Shown here: positions 1-9,523 of the stretch, one piece after another
Layout of the letters: each line of letters opens with the position of its first letter
Position numbering within the stretch: the stretch's first letter is position 1
Source of the DNA: Moraxella nasovis
Lineage (GTDB): Bacteria > Pseudomonadota > Gammaproteobacteria > Pseudomonadales > Moraxellaceae
Assembly: GCF_022701215.1 (NCBI RefSeq)
Contig: NZ_CP089976.1
Coordinates: 1,980,001 to 2,012,000, forward strand
Direction of reading: 5' to 3'
DNA length: 32,000 nt
The notes under the pieces: model-generated
Told to the model about the DNA's origin: nothing
What the model saw: the letters and a program-made list of their open reading frames with translations, nothing else
Database searches by the model: none
Translations under genes and position numbers: made by a program

Positions 1-58
1 GAGATGAGCTAGGGTTTCCCCTAACTCCACCTTAGGCTAAGCCCTTAGGTGCTTGATG

Positions 59-112
59 TTAGTAAGCTGGCAGGCTATATAACACCAAGATAATCACAAT
101 GACTACTCTCAT
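59..112 (-). CDS. 17-codon hydrophobic peptide (MRVVIVIILVLYSLPAY); candidate small membrane toxin or leader peptide
   Basis: ATG at 112-110 is preceded by AGGAG (124-120) with a 7-nt spacer, and TAA lies at 61-59. It sits about 70 nt downstream of a near-consensus minus-strand promoter. It is too short to appear in the ORF track. Confidence 0.3.
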   Translation of the reverse strand: MRVVIVIILVLYSLPAY

Positions 113-190
113 TGGTTATCTCCTGTTGGTTAATGTTCCCTTTTTGGGGCTTCCTTAGTCAAGTGTGCCACCACTTGCTAAGTTGGTGTT

Positions 191-219
191 ATTATAGATT
201 AACCTATAATAAAAGTCAA
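191..219 (-). promoter_or_regulatory. sigma70-type promoter reading leftward (TTGACT-17 nt-TATAAT)
   Basis: The reverse complement of 214-219 is TTGACT and that of 191-196 is TATAAT, with a 17-nt spacer. A plus-strand TATAAT at 205-210 overlaps it, giving a back-to-back promoter arrangement. Confidence 0.45.
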
Positions 220-277
220 GTAAATTATACGTTTTCGTGTAAATTGCTTGGCTTTTTTTTCGTTTTTAAGGAGTAAC

Positions 278-454
278 ATGTTCATTCAAATTTATGTTTA
301 TGACAAGACAACAGGTCAATATCTTTATCAAGACGTGGGCAATCCAAATGGTGTCATACGTGATTTATCCGATGATAAAGATTTTACACTAACCCCACCG
401 CCTGACAACGTCAAGCCTTGGCGTTGGATAGACGATAAGTGGATTGCCGCCTAA
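278..454 (+). CDS. small phage-like protein (tail-fibre-assembly-like N-terminal pattern)
   Basis: ATG at 278 follows AAGGAG (269-274). The pattern IYVYDKTTGQY...TLTPPPDNVKPWRWIDDKW resembles the N-terminal signature of phage tail fibre assembly proteins. The 248 start in the track lacks an SD. Confidence 0.45.
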   Translation: MFIQIYVYDKTTGQYLYQDVGNPNGVIRDLSDDKDFTLTPPPDNVKPWRWIDDKWIAA

Positions 455-467
455 TGGGCGGTTTTTT
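447..467 (+). terminator. Rho-independent terminator
   Basis: CCGCC (447-451) pairs with GGCGG (457-461) around a 5-nt loop, followed by T6 (462-467). Confidence 0.5.
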
Positions 468-479
468 ATTGGAGAAAAC

Positions 480-800
480 ATGACAGAAAACCAGTGGCTT
501 CAAGTCTTAGTCACCTTGCCTTATGTACTTGTGTTATCGCTATTAGGTGGCTTGGCAAGCTTTATCATGCGACTTAATCAAGCAACCGAGCCTAAGCCAT
601 TAGGCAAGATATTTTTAAACTTATTTGGTGAACTGTTTTTAAGTGGCTTTGCAGGTCTTACAACCTTTTTACTGTGCCGTGAATGGGAATTATCCTTAAA
701 CATCACCGCCGTGGCTGTGGCAATCAGCGGACACTTGGGCGGTAATGCCATTAATCAGTTAACCAAAATCTATGACAACGTAATCAACAAGGGGAGCTAA
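480..800 (+). CDS. phage holin, LydA-like (three predicted TM segments)
   Basis: ATG at 480 follows GGAGA (471-475). Three hydrophobic segments are present. The C-terminal ITAVAVAISGHLGGNAINQLTKIY resembles P1 LydA ITSVFIGYIGTDSIGSLIKRF. Confidence 0.6.
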   Translation: MTENQWLQVLVTLPYVLVLSLLGGLASFIMRLNQATEPKPLGKIFLNLFGELFLSGFAGLTTFLLCREWELSLNITAVAVAISGHLGGNAINQLTKIYDNVINKGS

Positions 801-1336
801 TGCCACCAAAAATCAAACTTAGCTTGTATCGTGGTGATGATACTGCCAAGCGATTTAGATTTACGCAAGGCGATGCACCATACGATACAAGCCAAATTGC
901 AAGGCTTGATTTACAAGCATATACTGAAACTAAAACTAAGCGTACACAAGTGCTGTCATTGTCTAGCGATGACGGCATTTTTATTGTAGATACTGGCGTT
1001 ATTGTCGTGAACTTTTCGCACGGCATGACAGATAACGCCACATGGTCAATGGCAAAATACGACTTACAAGCAACGATGAAAGATGGGCGTATTAAGACGC
1101 TTGTGCAGGGGGTGATAAGCCTTACACAGCCAAGTTTGACCTGTGCCTCGACACGCTCAATTTATTCCTTAGCGAATGATTCTTTACTAAGAGTCTTTGA
1201 TTGTGTACAATCTGCCAAGCTTAACAATAAACATACCAAAGATGCAACCACACACTTTACTTACTACTTTACAAATAGGCGACGAGATTATAAACAACAG
1301 AATCTGGCTGGCACCTATGGCTGGAGTTACGGATAA
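800..1336 (+). CDS. phage-related hypothetical protein; the 3' end is probably non-native read-through into the dusB leader
   Basis: The ATG overlaps the holin stop (TAATG) and follows GGGGAG. The first ~110 codons look protein-like. The rest overlaps the dusB start and looks like translated non-coding DNA. Confidence 0.4.
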   Translation: MPPKIKLSLYRGDDTAKRFRFTQGDAPYDTSQIARLDLQAYTETKTKRTQVLSLSSDDGIFIVDTGVIVVNFSHGMTDNATWSMAKYDLQATMKDGRIKTLVQGVISLTQPSLTCASTRSIYSLANDSLLRVFDCVQSAKLNNKHTKDATTHFTYYFTNRRRDYKQQNLAGTYGWSYG

Positions 1337-2249
1337 TCCTTTTCGACGTCTTTGCAAGTCTTTTGGGGCAGGGCATGCTGTGAGTGAGATGATGACCTCA
1401 GATGCGACATTATTTGCTAATCATAAGACGCTTTATCGTGCCAATTTTGAGGGAGAAATTGCTCCAATTTCAGCTCAAATTGTCGGCTCAGAGCCAGATA
1501 AATTAGCAGAATCTGCTCGTTATCAAGTCGCCAATGGTGCTAAGATTATCGATATTAATATGGGCTGCCCTGCTAAAAAAGTATGTCGCAAGCTTGCAGG
1601 CTCGGCATTATTGCAGGATGTGGATTTGGTTAAGCGGCTGCTAGAGGCGGTGGTCGGTGCGGTGGATGTGCCAGTTACGCTAAAGACTCGGCTTGGCTTT
1701 GAAAATGGTAAAGAAAATATTTTAACTGTCGCAAAGATTGCCGAAAATATCGGTGTTAAGGCACTCACAATTCATGGGCGTACCAGAGAAGATAAGTATT
1801 TAGGGGAGGCTCGTTATGATCTTATTGCTCAAGTTAAGCAAAATGCCACAATCCCAATCATCGCTAACGGCGATATTGACAGCCCACAAAAAGCAAAGGC
1901 TGTCTTTGACGCCACAGGGGTGGATGCGGTGATGATTGGTCGCTCAGCACAGGGTAAGCCGTGGATTTTTCGTAATATCGCCCATTATTTAAATACAGGC
2001 GATTTATTGCCAGACCCTGATATCAATGAGCTTCGTGCTATTGTACTAACTCATTTAGAAGAGCTGTACCGATTTTATGGGGAATATTCTGGCTGTCGTA
2101 TTGCTCGCAAACATATCGCTTGGTATACGTCAGGTATAGCTAACTCAAATGCCTTTCGTCAGGCGATGTATGCCAAAGAAAGCACAGCAGGGCAATTTAA
2201 GGTGGTAGAAGCATTCTTAAAAGAGGCGTATTTTGAGCAAGATAATTGA
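1242..2249 (+). CDS. dusB: tRNA-dihydrouridine synthase B
   Basis: It aligns end to end with E. coli DusB (LAPMAGVTDNPFRRLC, IDINMGCPAKKVCRKLAGSALL, ALTIHGRTRE, IANGDI, MIGRSAQGKPWIF). The ATG at 1242 matches the homolog N-terminus. Confidence 0.92.
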   Translation: MQPHTLLTTLQIGDEIINNRIWLAPMAGVTDNPFRRLCKSFGAGHAVSEMMTSDATLFANHKTLYRANFEGEIAPISAQIVGSEPDKLAESARYQVANGAKIIDINMGCPAKKVCRKLAGSALLQDVDLVKRLLEAVVGAVDVPVTLKTRLGFENGKENILTVAKIAENIGVKALTIHGRTREDKYLGEARYDLIAQVKQNATIPIIANGDIDSPQKAKAVFDATGVDAVMIGRSAQGKPWIFRNIAHYLNTGDLLPDPDINELRAIVLTHLEELYRFYGEYSGCRIARKHIAWYTSGIANSNAFRQAMYAKESTAGQFKVVEAFLKEAYFEQDN

Positions 2250-2265
2250 CGATTATACGCCAAAA

Positions 2266-2904
2266 TTACCCACCAATTAGACCATATCTCATCGCCAAAT
2301 GCGTAAGCTTAACATCGCTATCTACGCCTAATTTCTCAAAAATACGATAACGGTATGTATTGACTGTTTTGACACTAACGAACAGTTTATCAGCGATTTG
2401 TTGGGCACTTTGGCAGTTTACCACCATCATTGCCACTTGACGTTCTCTTTGTGATAGAGCATCAAAAGGGGATTGATTTGTCTCACCAAGCACCGCTGCT
2501 GCAAGCTCAGAGGCGACGTCATGGCTAAAGTAGCGATTCCCTGAGTGGAGTTTTTTAATCGCCAAAACCATCTCATCAAGTGGCGTTCCTTTTGTGATAT
2601 AGCCGTTCACGCCTGCCTTTAGTAGCATAGAGGGGTAGGGTTGGGCAGATAGGCTTGATACCGCAAGAATTTTAATGCTGTCATCTATTTGTTTGATTTT
2701 TTTAGTAGCATCTACGCCGTTCATGCTTGGCATATTGACATCTAATAAAACCACGTCAGGGCGGTGTGTACGCACCTTACTGACTGCTACATCGCCATCA
2801 TTTGCTTGAGCGACCACTTCGATATCATGGTCATCATCTAGCATTCGGACAATACCCATACGCACCAAATCATGATCATCTGCCACCAAAACTTTAATCG
2901 TCAT
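2266..2904 (-). CDS. gacA: two-component response regulator, NarL/FixJ family, GacA/UvrY-like
   Basis: It has a receiver domain (VLVADDHDLVR...DVVLLDVNMP) and a LuxR-type HTH (LSQRERQV...KTVNTYRYRIFEKLGV..DVKLTHLAMRYGL). It is collinear with UvrY/GacA. Confidence 0.85.
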   Translation of the reverse strand: MTIKVLVADDHDLVRMGIVRMLDDDHDIEVVAQANDGDVAVSKVRTHRPDVVLLDVNMPSMNGVDATKKIKQIDDSIKILAVSSLSAQPYPSMLLKAGVNGYITKGTPLDEMVLAIKKLHSGNRYFSHDVASELAAAVLGETNQSPFDALSQRERQVAMMVVNCQSAQQIADKLFVSVKTVNTYRYRIFEKLGVDSDVKLTHLAMRYGLIGG

Positions 2905-3112
2905 ACCATTCCTTTTGTCTTAATTGCATTTGATTTTATATGCTACTGGGTGATTTTGCAAATAAATTTAGCAAAAAGTAATACAGTGGCAAGATTGGGG
3001 TCACAACCGCACTACACTTGGCATCTTTTTGTGATTTTTTGTATTAGGATTTGGTGCTTGTTGGTGATTTATGTTAAACTTAATAAATTAATCTAACTAA
3101 TAAGGGTGACGC

Positions 3113-4237
3113 ATGAGATCGAATCTAAAAAAATATACGATACAATTAACCATGCTAATGACAGTGGGTGCAGCTTATCAGAATGCTCAAGCTTTCATTG
3201 TGGATAATAGCCACCAAAAGACAGTAACTTTATCACGATCTCAATTTAGCCCATCTCAGTCTAGCTCTACCTATGCTGTGACAGCTACTCCTATTACTGA
3301 AATTAATCAAGTCATTAAAGCTGAACCAACTCAAACGATTACAAGGCACGCCCCTAAAGTAGTTCAGACGATAACAAAGCCCACCTATACACCTGTAACT
3401 ACAACCCCTGTCACTGCACAAGCAAGCTCTCAGTTTAGCAGTAGCTATGCCCAAAATGATAGCTTTGAGAACTTTCCTATAACAACAGAATCATCTTCTG
3501 TGGCAGTCGTTGACCTACAAACTGGCAAGCTGATATACGGTAAAAACATCGATCATCAGCGTTCAATCGCTTCGGTGTCTAAAGTAATGACGGCTATGGT
3601 GATTTTAGATTCTGGTCTTGATATGCGTGAAGAGATTACTTTGATTGCGTCAGACTTAGTTGGGGCAAAAAAAGCAAGTACCAAACTAAAAGCAGGCGAT
3701 AGAATGAGTCGTTCTGAGCTGACATTATTAATGCTTATGAAATCTGAAAATCCTGCTGCCAAGGCTTTAGCACGCACCTACACAGGCGGTTATGATGCCT
3801 TTATTAGGGCTATGAATCAAAAAGCATACAGTCTAGGTATGTATCAAACAAGCTTTGCTGACTCATCTGGGTTAAATCCGAATAATAAGTCATCTGCCAG
3901 CGACTTGGTGAAGATGATGACAGCAGTAAGCAGTCAGCCGCGTTATCAGACAATTCGCAACTTCTCAACTGCACCAAGCTATGATTTTTATATTGCAAAT
4001 GACATCTTAGGCGATCGTGTTCTTAAGTCAAATAACACAAGTCGCCTTGTGCGTGCAGGTGCTTATCCTATCGGCGTGTCAAAGACAGGTTACATTCGTG
4101 AGGCGGGCTATTGCGTCGTCATGGAAACGCACGTTAATAACCGTCCTGCCATTGTTGTACTGCTTGGGGCAAAAGCTTCTAACAGTCGCTGGAATGATGC
4201 CGAGAACATTTTAACTGAGCTTGCCTATCGTAATTGA
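3113..4237 (+). CDS. pbpG: D-alanyl-D-alanine endopeptidase/carboxypeptidase (S11, PBP7/PbpG-like) with a long Thr/Gln/Ser-rich N-terminal linker
   Basis: It has a signal peptide, the SxxK motif (SVSK in SIASVSKVMTAMVILD) and KTG (VSKTGYI). About 110 low-complexity residues precede the catalytic domain. Confidence 0.82.
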   Translation: MRSNLKKYTIQLTMLMTVGAAYQNAQAFIVDNSHQKTVTLSRSQFSPSQSSSTYAVTATPITEINQVIKAEPTQTITRHAPKVVQTITKPTYTPVTTTPVTAQASSQFSSSYAQNDSFENFPITTESSSVAVVDLQTGKLIYGKNIDHQRSIASVSKVMTAMVILDSGLDMREEITLIASDLVGAKKASTKLKAGDRMSRSELTLLMLMKSENPAAKALARTYTGGYDAFIRAMNQKAYSLGMYQTSFADSSGLNPNNKSSASDLVKMMTAVSSQPRYQTIRNFSTAPSYDFYIANDILGDRVLKSNNTSRLVRAGAYPIGVSKTGYIREAGYCVVMETHVNNRPAIVVLLGAKASNSRWNDAENILTELAYRN

Positions 4238-4253
4238 TAGAGCATTATCTTGT

Positions 4254-4288
4254 AAGCCGCCTAAATCCGTTGGGCGGTTTTGTTTTGG
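4254..4288 (+). terminator. Rho-independent terminator after the pbpG-like gene
   Basis: AAGCCGCC (4254-4261) pairs with GGCGGTTT (4273-4280), followed by a T-rich tail. Confidence 0.55.
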
Positions 4289-4327
4289 TGATAATTTGGT
4301 TATAATGCAGTAAATATGGAGCTAATC

Positions 4328-4981
4328 ATGAAAAACACACCACCAAAACTATACTTATTAACCAATGACGATGAAATTACGACATTGATGGATAAGCTTG
4401 AGCGTGCCTTTGATACAGGGGCGATATCTGTTTTGCAGATTCGCCGCAAAAAAACGTTACAGCAGTATGATTTGGCGACTGTATATCGAGAGGCTGAGCT
4501 GTTAATTAGCCTTGCTTATGACTATGATATTGATGTGATTATTAATGATGATTTACAACTGGCATCGCATTTTTGTACAGGGTTACATCTAGGGCAACGT
4601 GATGGCAGTGTGCGTGTAGCTCGTGAACTTTTGGGGAATGATGTGATTATCGGACGCACCTGTCATTCTGATATGGCATTATTTAAAGAAGCAAAAAAGC
4701 AAGGTGCCAGCTATGGAGCGATGGGTACGGTTTTTACTTCCTTAACCAAGCCTAGAGCGTCTCTTGTGCCTATTGAGATACTACAAAAAGCAGCCCAAAC
4801 AGACTTTGCACTTTGTGCCATTGGTGGCATTACACTAGATAATGTTGATTATCTTAGAAATCAGATGGGTGATTTACCACTGTCTTATATTGCTGTTACT
4901 GCTGATATCATGGGGCATAGTCATGACACCATCGCCAAAAAATGCAGAGCATGGCAAATTAAACTAAATCAATGGTACTAA
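4328..4981 (+). CDS. thiE: thiamine-phosphate synthase
   Basis: It is collinear with E. coli ThiE (LQIRRK, INDD, GLHLGQRDG, GRTCHS, GTVFTSLTKP, AIGGI). The ATG at 4328 follows GGAG (4318-4321). Confidence 0.85.
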   Translation: MKNTPPKLYLLTNDDEITTLMDKLERAFDTGAISVLQIRRKKTLQQYDLATVYREAELLISLAYDYDIDVIINDDLQLASHFCTGLHLGQRDGSVRVARELLGNDVIIGRTCHSDMALFKEAKKQGASYGAMGTVFTSLTKPRASLVPIEILQKAAQTDFALCAIGGITLDNVDYLRNQMGDLPLSYIAVTADIMGHSHDTIAKKCRAWQIKLNQWY

Positions 4982-4984
4982 GAT

Positions 4985-7900
4985 ATGCATATGCCACAGA
5001 TTAATATTCCAACCCTAAAAGACGCCCATACCGCCCATGTTCAGAATCTAGAAGGATTAGCATTTGCGTTTTGGCTATCTGGCTTTATAAAAGTGCAGGC
5101 AGACACCTTACATGTTGTTATCGCAGATACCCAAGAAAGACTGTATCAGCTTGAGCATGAATTGCGATTTTTTGGGGTTGTTGCTCATAGTTTTGCCGAT
5201 TATGAAACGCTTGTTTATGATCAGCTGGCTGTACACCAAGATATTATCTCAGAACGCATTCATTTGCTAACCAATATGCCAAAAAGCGGCGTGCTTTTGG
5301 TGAGTGTTCAGACATTAATGCAAAGAATCTGCCCGCCCCAATTTCTACTAGGTCATCATTTTGATTTACGTGTAGGGGATAGCTTTGATATTGACAGCGA
5401 GCGAGAACGCTTGATTAAGGCAGGCTATCGTCATGTAGATAATGTGTTTGAGGCGGGTGAGTTTGCTATTCGTGGTAGTGTCGTGGATATTTTTGCGATG
5501 GGTCAGGCATTGCCATTTCGCTTAGATTTATTTGACGATGAGATTGAGTACATTAAGTTTTTTGACCCCCAAAATCAAAGAACGTTATCTGATGAGGCTT
5601 TAGATAAATTAAAAAAAGACAGCTTAGCTCATAATAATGATTTTGAGTACAGCCGTCTGCCTGATAAGCCAAAGACTGATGAGTTTATGGTACTGCCTGC
5701 TCGTGAGTTTGCTTTAGTAGATGGGCGTGAGAATTTTCGCCAAAATTTTGCTAAGATTTTTGGCGATGTGTCTGCTCGTAAAGTGGAGCTATACATAGAT
5801 GTTTTGGCAGGTATTGCTCCTGCTGGTATTGAATATTATGCACCGCTGTTTTTTGACTTAGATGAATGGCAAGCAAGTGGGACGCTGTTTGATTATTTAC
5901 CAAAAAATACGTCGATGATTATGATGGGTGATGTGGCGCATCATCACACCCAAGTGTGGGATCAGCTACAAGCACGCTACCATAATTATGGACATGATAA
6001 GCAAACACCAATCTTAGCACCAAAATGGCTATTTTTGCCATTTAATGAGTTTTTTGCACGGCTAAAGCCTTTTGCCAAGGTGCAGTTTGACAAAAAAGCC
6101 TGTGCTAACGATGCTTTTATAGGTTGGCAGAATTCTCTTGTGCCAAGTGTGAGCATTAACCATAAACAAAGCGAGCCATTAGCAGATCTTTTGCAGTTCC
6201 TCCAACATGCCAACCAAAAAACCTTGATCGTTGCTGAAAGTGCGGGGCGGCGAGAAATTTTATTGGAGCTTTTAAAGGATAAAGTTCGTGTAACGGTTGT
6301 GGCAGATTTTAATGAGTTTTTGGGCGATTTGTCTAACTTTAATGAAAATCATATCGCCTTGACAGTTGCTCCTATCGAGCAAGGCTTAATGCTGCATAAT
6401 AATGCAACGACAATCTGTGTGCTTAGTGAAGCCCAAATTTTTGGTAGACAGATTACCACAACCCAAAGACGAACTCGCACCATGTCGCAAGCATTAATTG
6501 TTAAGTCAGTTAGCGAGATGAGTAAGGGTAGTTTGGTGGTGCATATCGAGCATGGCATAGGTCGCTATCAGGGGCTTACCATGCTTGACTTAGGCGATGG
6601 TGAACAAGAGTTTATCCACCTAAAATATGCCGATGATGCCAGCATTTATGTGCCAATCACTCAGCTTGCCTTGATAGGGCGATACAGCGGAACTGACAGT
6701 GAGGCGGTACAATTATCTAAGATTGGCAGTGGTAAATGGGATAAAGCTAAGCAAAAAACGCTTGAGCAGATTTATGATGTGGCAGCCGAGCTTTTAAATG
6801 TGCAAGCACGCCGTAACGCCAAAAGCGGTATCAGTTTTGATATAGATATGCAAAGCTATGAGCTGTTTGCCAGCAGTTTTGAGTATGAAGAAACGATCGA
6901 TCAGATGGTCGCTATTGATAATATCTTGCATGACATGAAGCAAAATAAGCCGATGGATAGGCTGATTTGTGGCGATGTTGGCTTTGGTAAGACCGAGGTT
7001 GCAATGCGAGCGGCATTTGTCGCAGTGCAAGCAGGCTATCAAGTAGCGGTGCTTGTGCCAACCACGCTACTAGCCGGGCAGCACGAGGATAGCTTTAAGA
7101 CCAGATTTGCCGATTGGGCGGTGCGTATTGAAAGCTTGTCTCGATTCGTCAGTAAAAAATCCCAAGACGCAGTGCTTGCTGATCTGGCAGCAGGTAAGGT
7201 GGATATTGTTATCGGCACACATAAGCTATTACAAGATGATGTTAAGTTTAAAAATCTAGGCTTGATGATTATTGATGAAGAGCACCGTTTTGGCGTGCGT
7301 CATAAAGATAAGATTAAGGCAATGCAATCAGATGTAGATAGCCTATCTATGACGGCAACGCCCATTCCACGCACGCTAAACATGGCATTATCAGGCATGC
7401 AAGATATCTCTATTATCGCCACACCGCCTGCCAGACGGCTTGCGATTAAGACATTTGTTACCCCAAAGTCAGACATCGCCATCAAAGAGGCAATGCTGCG
7501 TGAAATATTGCGTGGCGGTCAGGTGTATTTTTTGCACAATGATGTGGCAAGCATTGAAACAATGGCAGAAACGCTAAAAGAACTCGTTCCACAAGCACGT
7601 GTCGGCGTGGCACATGGGCAAATGCCAGAACGAGAATTATCAGCGGTGATGAGTGATTTTTATCATAAGAGATTTAATGTACTGATTGCCAGCACGATTA
7701 TTGAGACAGGTATTGATGTGCCAAATGCCAATACCATCATCATCAACCGTGCCGATAAATTTGGTCTAGCTCAGCTGCATCAGCTCCGTGGGCGAGTGGG
7801 ACGCTCACACCATCAGGCGTATTGTTATTTGCTTGTGCCTTCATTAAAGGGCTTGACAGCAGATGCTAAGAAACGCTTGGAAGCGATTAGCCGTGCTAAT

Positions 7901-8563
7901 ACGCTTGGGGCAGGGTTTGTGCTTGCCAGTGAAGACTTAGAAATTCGTGGGGCAGGCGAGATTTTGGGTAAGGAGCAATCAGGTAATATGCAGACCATTG
8001 GCTTTGGGCTATATATGGATATGCTTGAGCGTGCCACTAAAGCAATCAAGCAAGGCAAAACGCCTAACCTTGCAACACCGCTTGAGTTAGTCAGTGATAT
8101 CAATGTGCATGCATCTGCCTTAATCCCTGACGATTATTTAGGCGATGTGTCAGAGCGGCTACTATTTTATAAGCGTATTAGCAATCTTGATGAAATTGAT
8201 GAGCTTAATGACATCAAAACTGAGATGATTGATCGATTTGGTGCATTGCCTATCCCAACAAAGACACTATTTGCTGTCCACGCCCTACGAATTAAGGCTC
8301 ATGCCTTAGGTATCGGTAAGATTGACGCAAATGCAAAAGCGATTACCCTTGAGTTTAATCAAGATACACCCGTTGATGGTCTGGCAATCGTTAAGCTTAT
8401 CCAGTCCGTTGATAAAGATGGTAGTTACCGCATGAATGGAGCGATGGGAGTGAGATTTAGTACAAAAGTTGAGATGAGCTTAGAGCAAAGAATGGCGAAA
8501 GTTGGCGAGATGCTGCATTATTTTTATCAAAGCATCCATGATGACAAAAGGCAGTCGGTGTGA
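4985..8563 (+). CDS. mfd: transcription-repair coupling factor
   Basis: The 1192-aa product has CarD-like and SF2 helicase motifs (GDVGFGKTEVAMRAAF, IIDEEHRFG, TATPIPRT, QLHQLRGRVGR). Confidence 0.95.
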   Translation: MHMPQINIPTLKDAHTAHVQNLEGLAFAFWLSGFIKVQADTLHVVIADTQERLYQLEHELRFFGVVAHSFADYETLVYDQLAVHQDIISERIHLLTNMPKSGVLLVSVQTLMQRICPPQFLLGHHFDLRVGDSFDIDSERERLIKAGYRHVDNVFEAGEFAIRGSVVDIFAMGQALPFRLDLFDDEIEYIKFFDPQNQRTLSDEALDKLKKDSLAHNNDFEYSRLPDKPKTDEFMVLPAREFALVDGRENFRQNFAKIFGDVSARKVELYIDVLAGIAPAGIEYYAPLFFDLDEWQASGTLFDYLPKNTSMIMMGDVAHHHTQVWDQLQARYHNYGHDKQTPILAPKWLFLPFNEFFARLKPFAKVQFDKKACANDAFIGWQNSLVPSVSINHKQSEPLADLLQFLQHANQKTLIVAESAGRREILLELLKDKVRVTVVADFNEFLGDLSNFNENHIALTVAPIEQGLMLHNNATTICVLSEAQIFGRQITTTQRRTRTMSQALIVKSVSEMSKGSLVVHIEHGIGRYQGLTMLDLGDGEQEFIHLKYADDASIYVPITQLALIGRYSGTDSEAVQLSKIGSGKWDKAKQKTLEQIYDVAAELLNVQARRNAKSGISFDIDMQSYELFASSFEYEETIDQMVAIDNILHDMKQNKPMDRLICGDVGFGKTEVAMRAAFVAVQAGYQVAVLVPTTLLAGQHEDSFKTRFADWAVRIESLSRFVSKKSQDAVLADLAAGKVDIVIGTHKLLQDDVKFKNLGLMIIDEEHRFGVRHKDKIKAMQSDVDSLSMTATPIPRTLNMALSGMQDISIIATPPARRLAIKTFVTPKSDIAIKEAMLREILRGGQVYFLHNDVASIETMAETLKELVPQARVGVAHGQMPERELSAVMSDFYHKRFNVLIASTIIETGIDVPNANTIIINRADKFGLAQLHQLRGRVGRSHHQAYCYLLVPSLKGLTADAKKRLEAISRANTLGAGFVLASEDLEIRGAGEILGKEQSGNMQTIGFGLYMDMLERATKAIKQGKTPNLATPLELVSDINVHASALIPDDYLGDVSERLLFYKRISNLDEIDELNDIKTEMIDRFGALPIPTKTLFAVHALRIKAHALGIGKIDANAKAITLEFNQDTPVDGLAIVKLIQSVDKDGSYRMNGAMGVRFSTKVEMSLEQRMAKVGEMLHYFYQSIHDDKRQSV

Positions 8564-8628
8564 TGATAATGACACGGCTGGCAAGCCTATGCTTGAGTGG
8601 ATTTTAAGTAGGCAGATAAAATGGTCTA

Positions 8629-8637
8629 TGCTATAAT
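8629..8637 (+). promoter_or_regulatory. extended -10 element (TGCTATAAT) upstream of queH
   Basis: It is an exact TGnTATAAT match lying 27 nt upstream of the ATG. Confidence 0.4.
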
Positions 8638-8663
8638 TAACAGTTAATTTAAATTTATCATAT

Positions 8664-9458
8664 ATGAAGATTATGACAAAAGTAAAAGCAAAGCAGGTCT
8701 TTGACCGAGATTATCCCAATAAAGCCATTAAAACCATCACCTTAGATGACATCGCCAAAGATGTGATGACAGTGTTTGACAAGCCTGATGATGCTGATAT
8801 TGTCGTCAGTGATATTTTGCGGGAAAAACTTATCCCGCCAAATGGTCAAAATAAAGTGTTACTGCATTCTTGCTGTGCTCCTTGTTCAGGAGAAGTTATG
8901 GAAGCTATGCTAGCAAGCGGCGTGGATTTTACCATTTATTTTTATAATCCCAACATTCACCCTAAAAAAGAGTACGAAATTCGCAAAAACGAAAATATTG
9001 CTTTTGCCAAAAAACACGGTATTCCTTTTGTGGACGCTGATTATGATATGGATAACTGGTTTGAGCGTGCAAAAGGCATGGAAAATGACCCTGAGCGTGG
9101 CAGACGCTGCACCATGTGTTTTGATATGCGGTTTGAGCGGACAGCGTTATATGCCCATGAGCATGGATTTCCTGTGATTACCAGCTCGTTGGGGATTTCT
9201 CGTTGGAAAAACATGGCACAGATTAATGATTGCGGGGTGCGTGCTGCCAGTCCTTATGATGATGTGGTGTACTGGGAGTATAACTGGCGTAAAGGCGGTG
9301 GGAGTTCTCGCATGATTGAAATTAGTAAGCGTGAGCATTTTTATCAGCAAGAATACTGTGGCTGTGCTTACTCTATGCGTGATAGCAATAACTACCGCCG
9401 AAGTGTGGGGCGTGAGCCGATTAAAATTGGCGTCAAATATTATGGTGATGAAGAATAA
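8664..9458 (+). CDS. queH: epoxyqueuosine reductase QueH (DUF208 family)
   Basis: It carries the conserved Cys clusters [18 protein letters not shown] and QEYCGCAYS typical of QueH. Confidence 0.82.
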   Translation: MKIMTKVKAKQVFDRDYPNKAIKTITLDDIAKDVMTVFDKPDDADIVVSDILREKLIPPNGQNKVLLHSCCAPCSGEVMEAMLASGVDFTIYFYNPNIHPKKEYEIRKNENIAFAKKHGIPFVDADYDMDNWFERAKGMENDPERGRRCTMCFDMRFERTALYAHEHGFPVITSSLGISRWKNMAQINDCGVRAASPYDDVVYWEYNWRKGGGSSRMIEISKREHFYQQEYCGCAYSMRDSNNYRRSVGREPIKIGVKYYGDEE

Positions 9459-9523
9459 CACCGATTATCATAACCTTATGGGTAAAATTGATTTGTGCAT
9501 TGCCATGATAAGTCCACAATTTA

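Larger units (their letters stand above)
248..1140 (+). mobile_element. phage-derived gene remnant (three co-directional small genes, no structural or replication genes)
   Basis: It contains a LydA-like holin, a tail-fibre-assembly-like small ORF and a phage-like unknown ORF with overlapping TAATG coupling. It abuts the dusB promoter region. Confidence 0.4.

Noticed and set aside
2872-3096. A 74-aa plus-strand ORF in the gacA/pbpG divergent intergenic region
   Set aside because: It starts inside gacA on the opposite strand and runs through AT-rich promoter DNA. It is hydrophobic by AT bias and has no SD.
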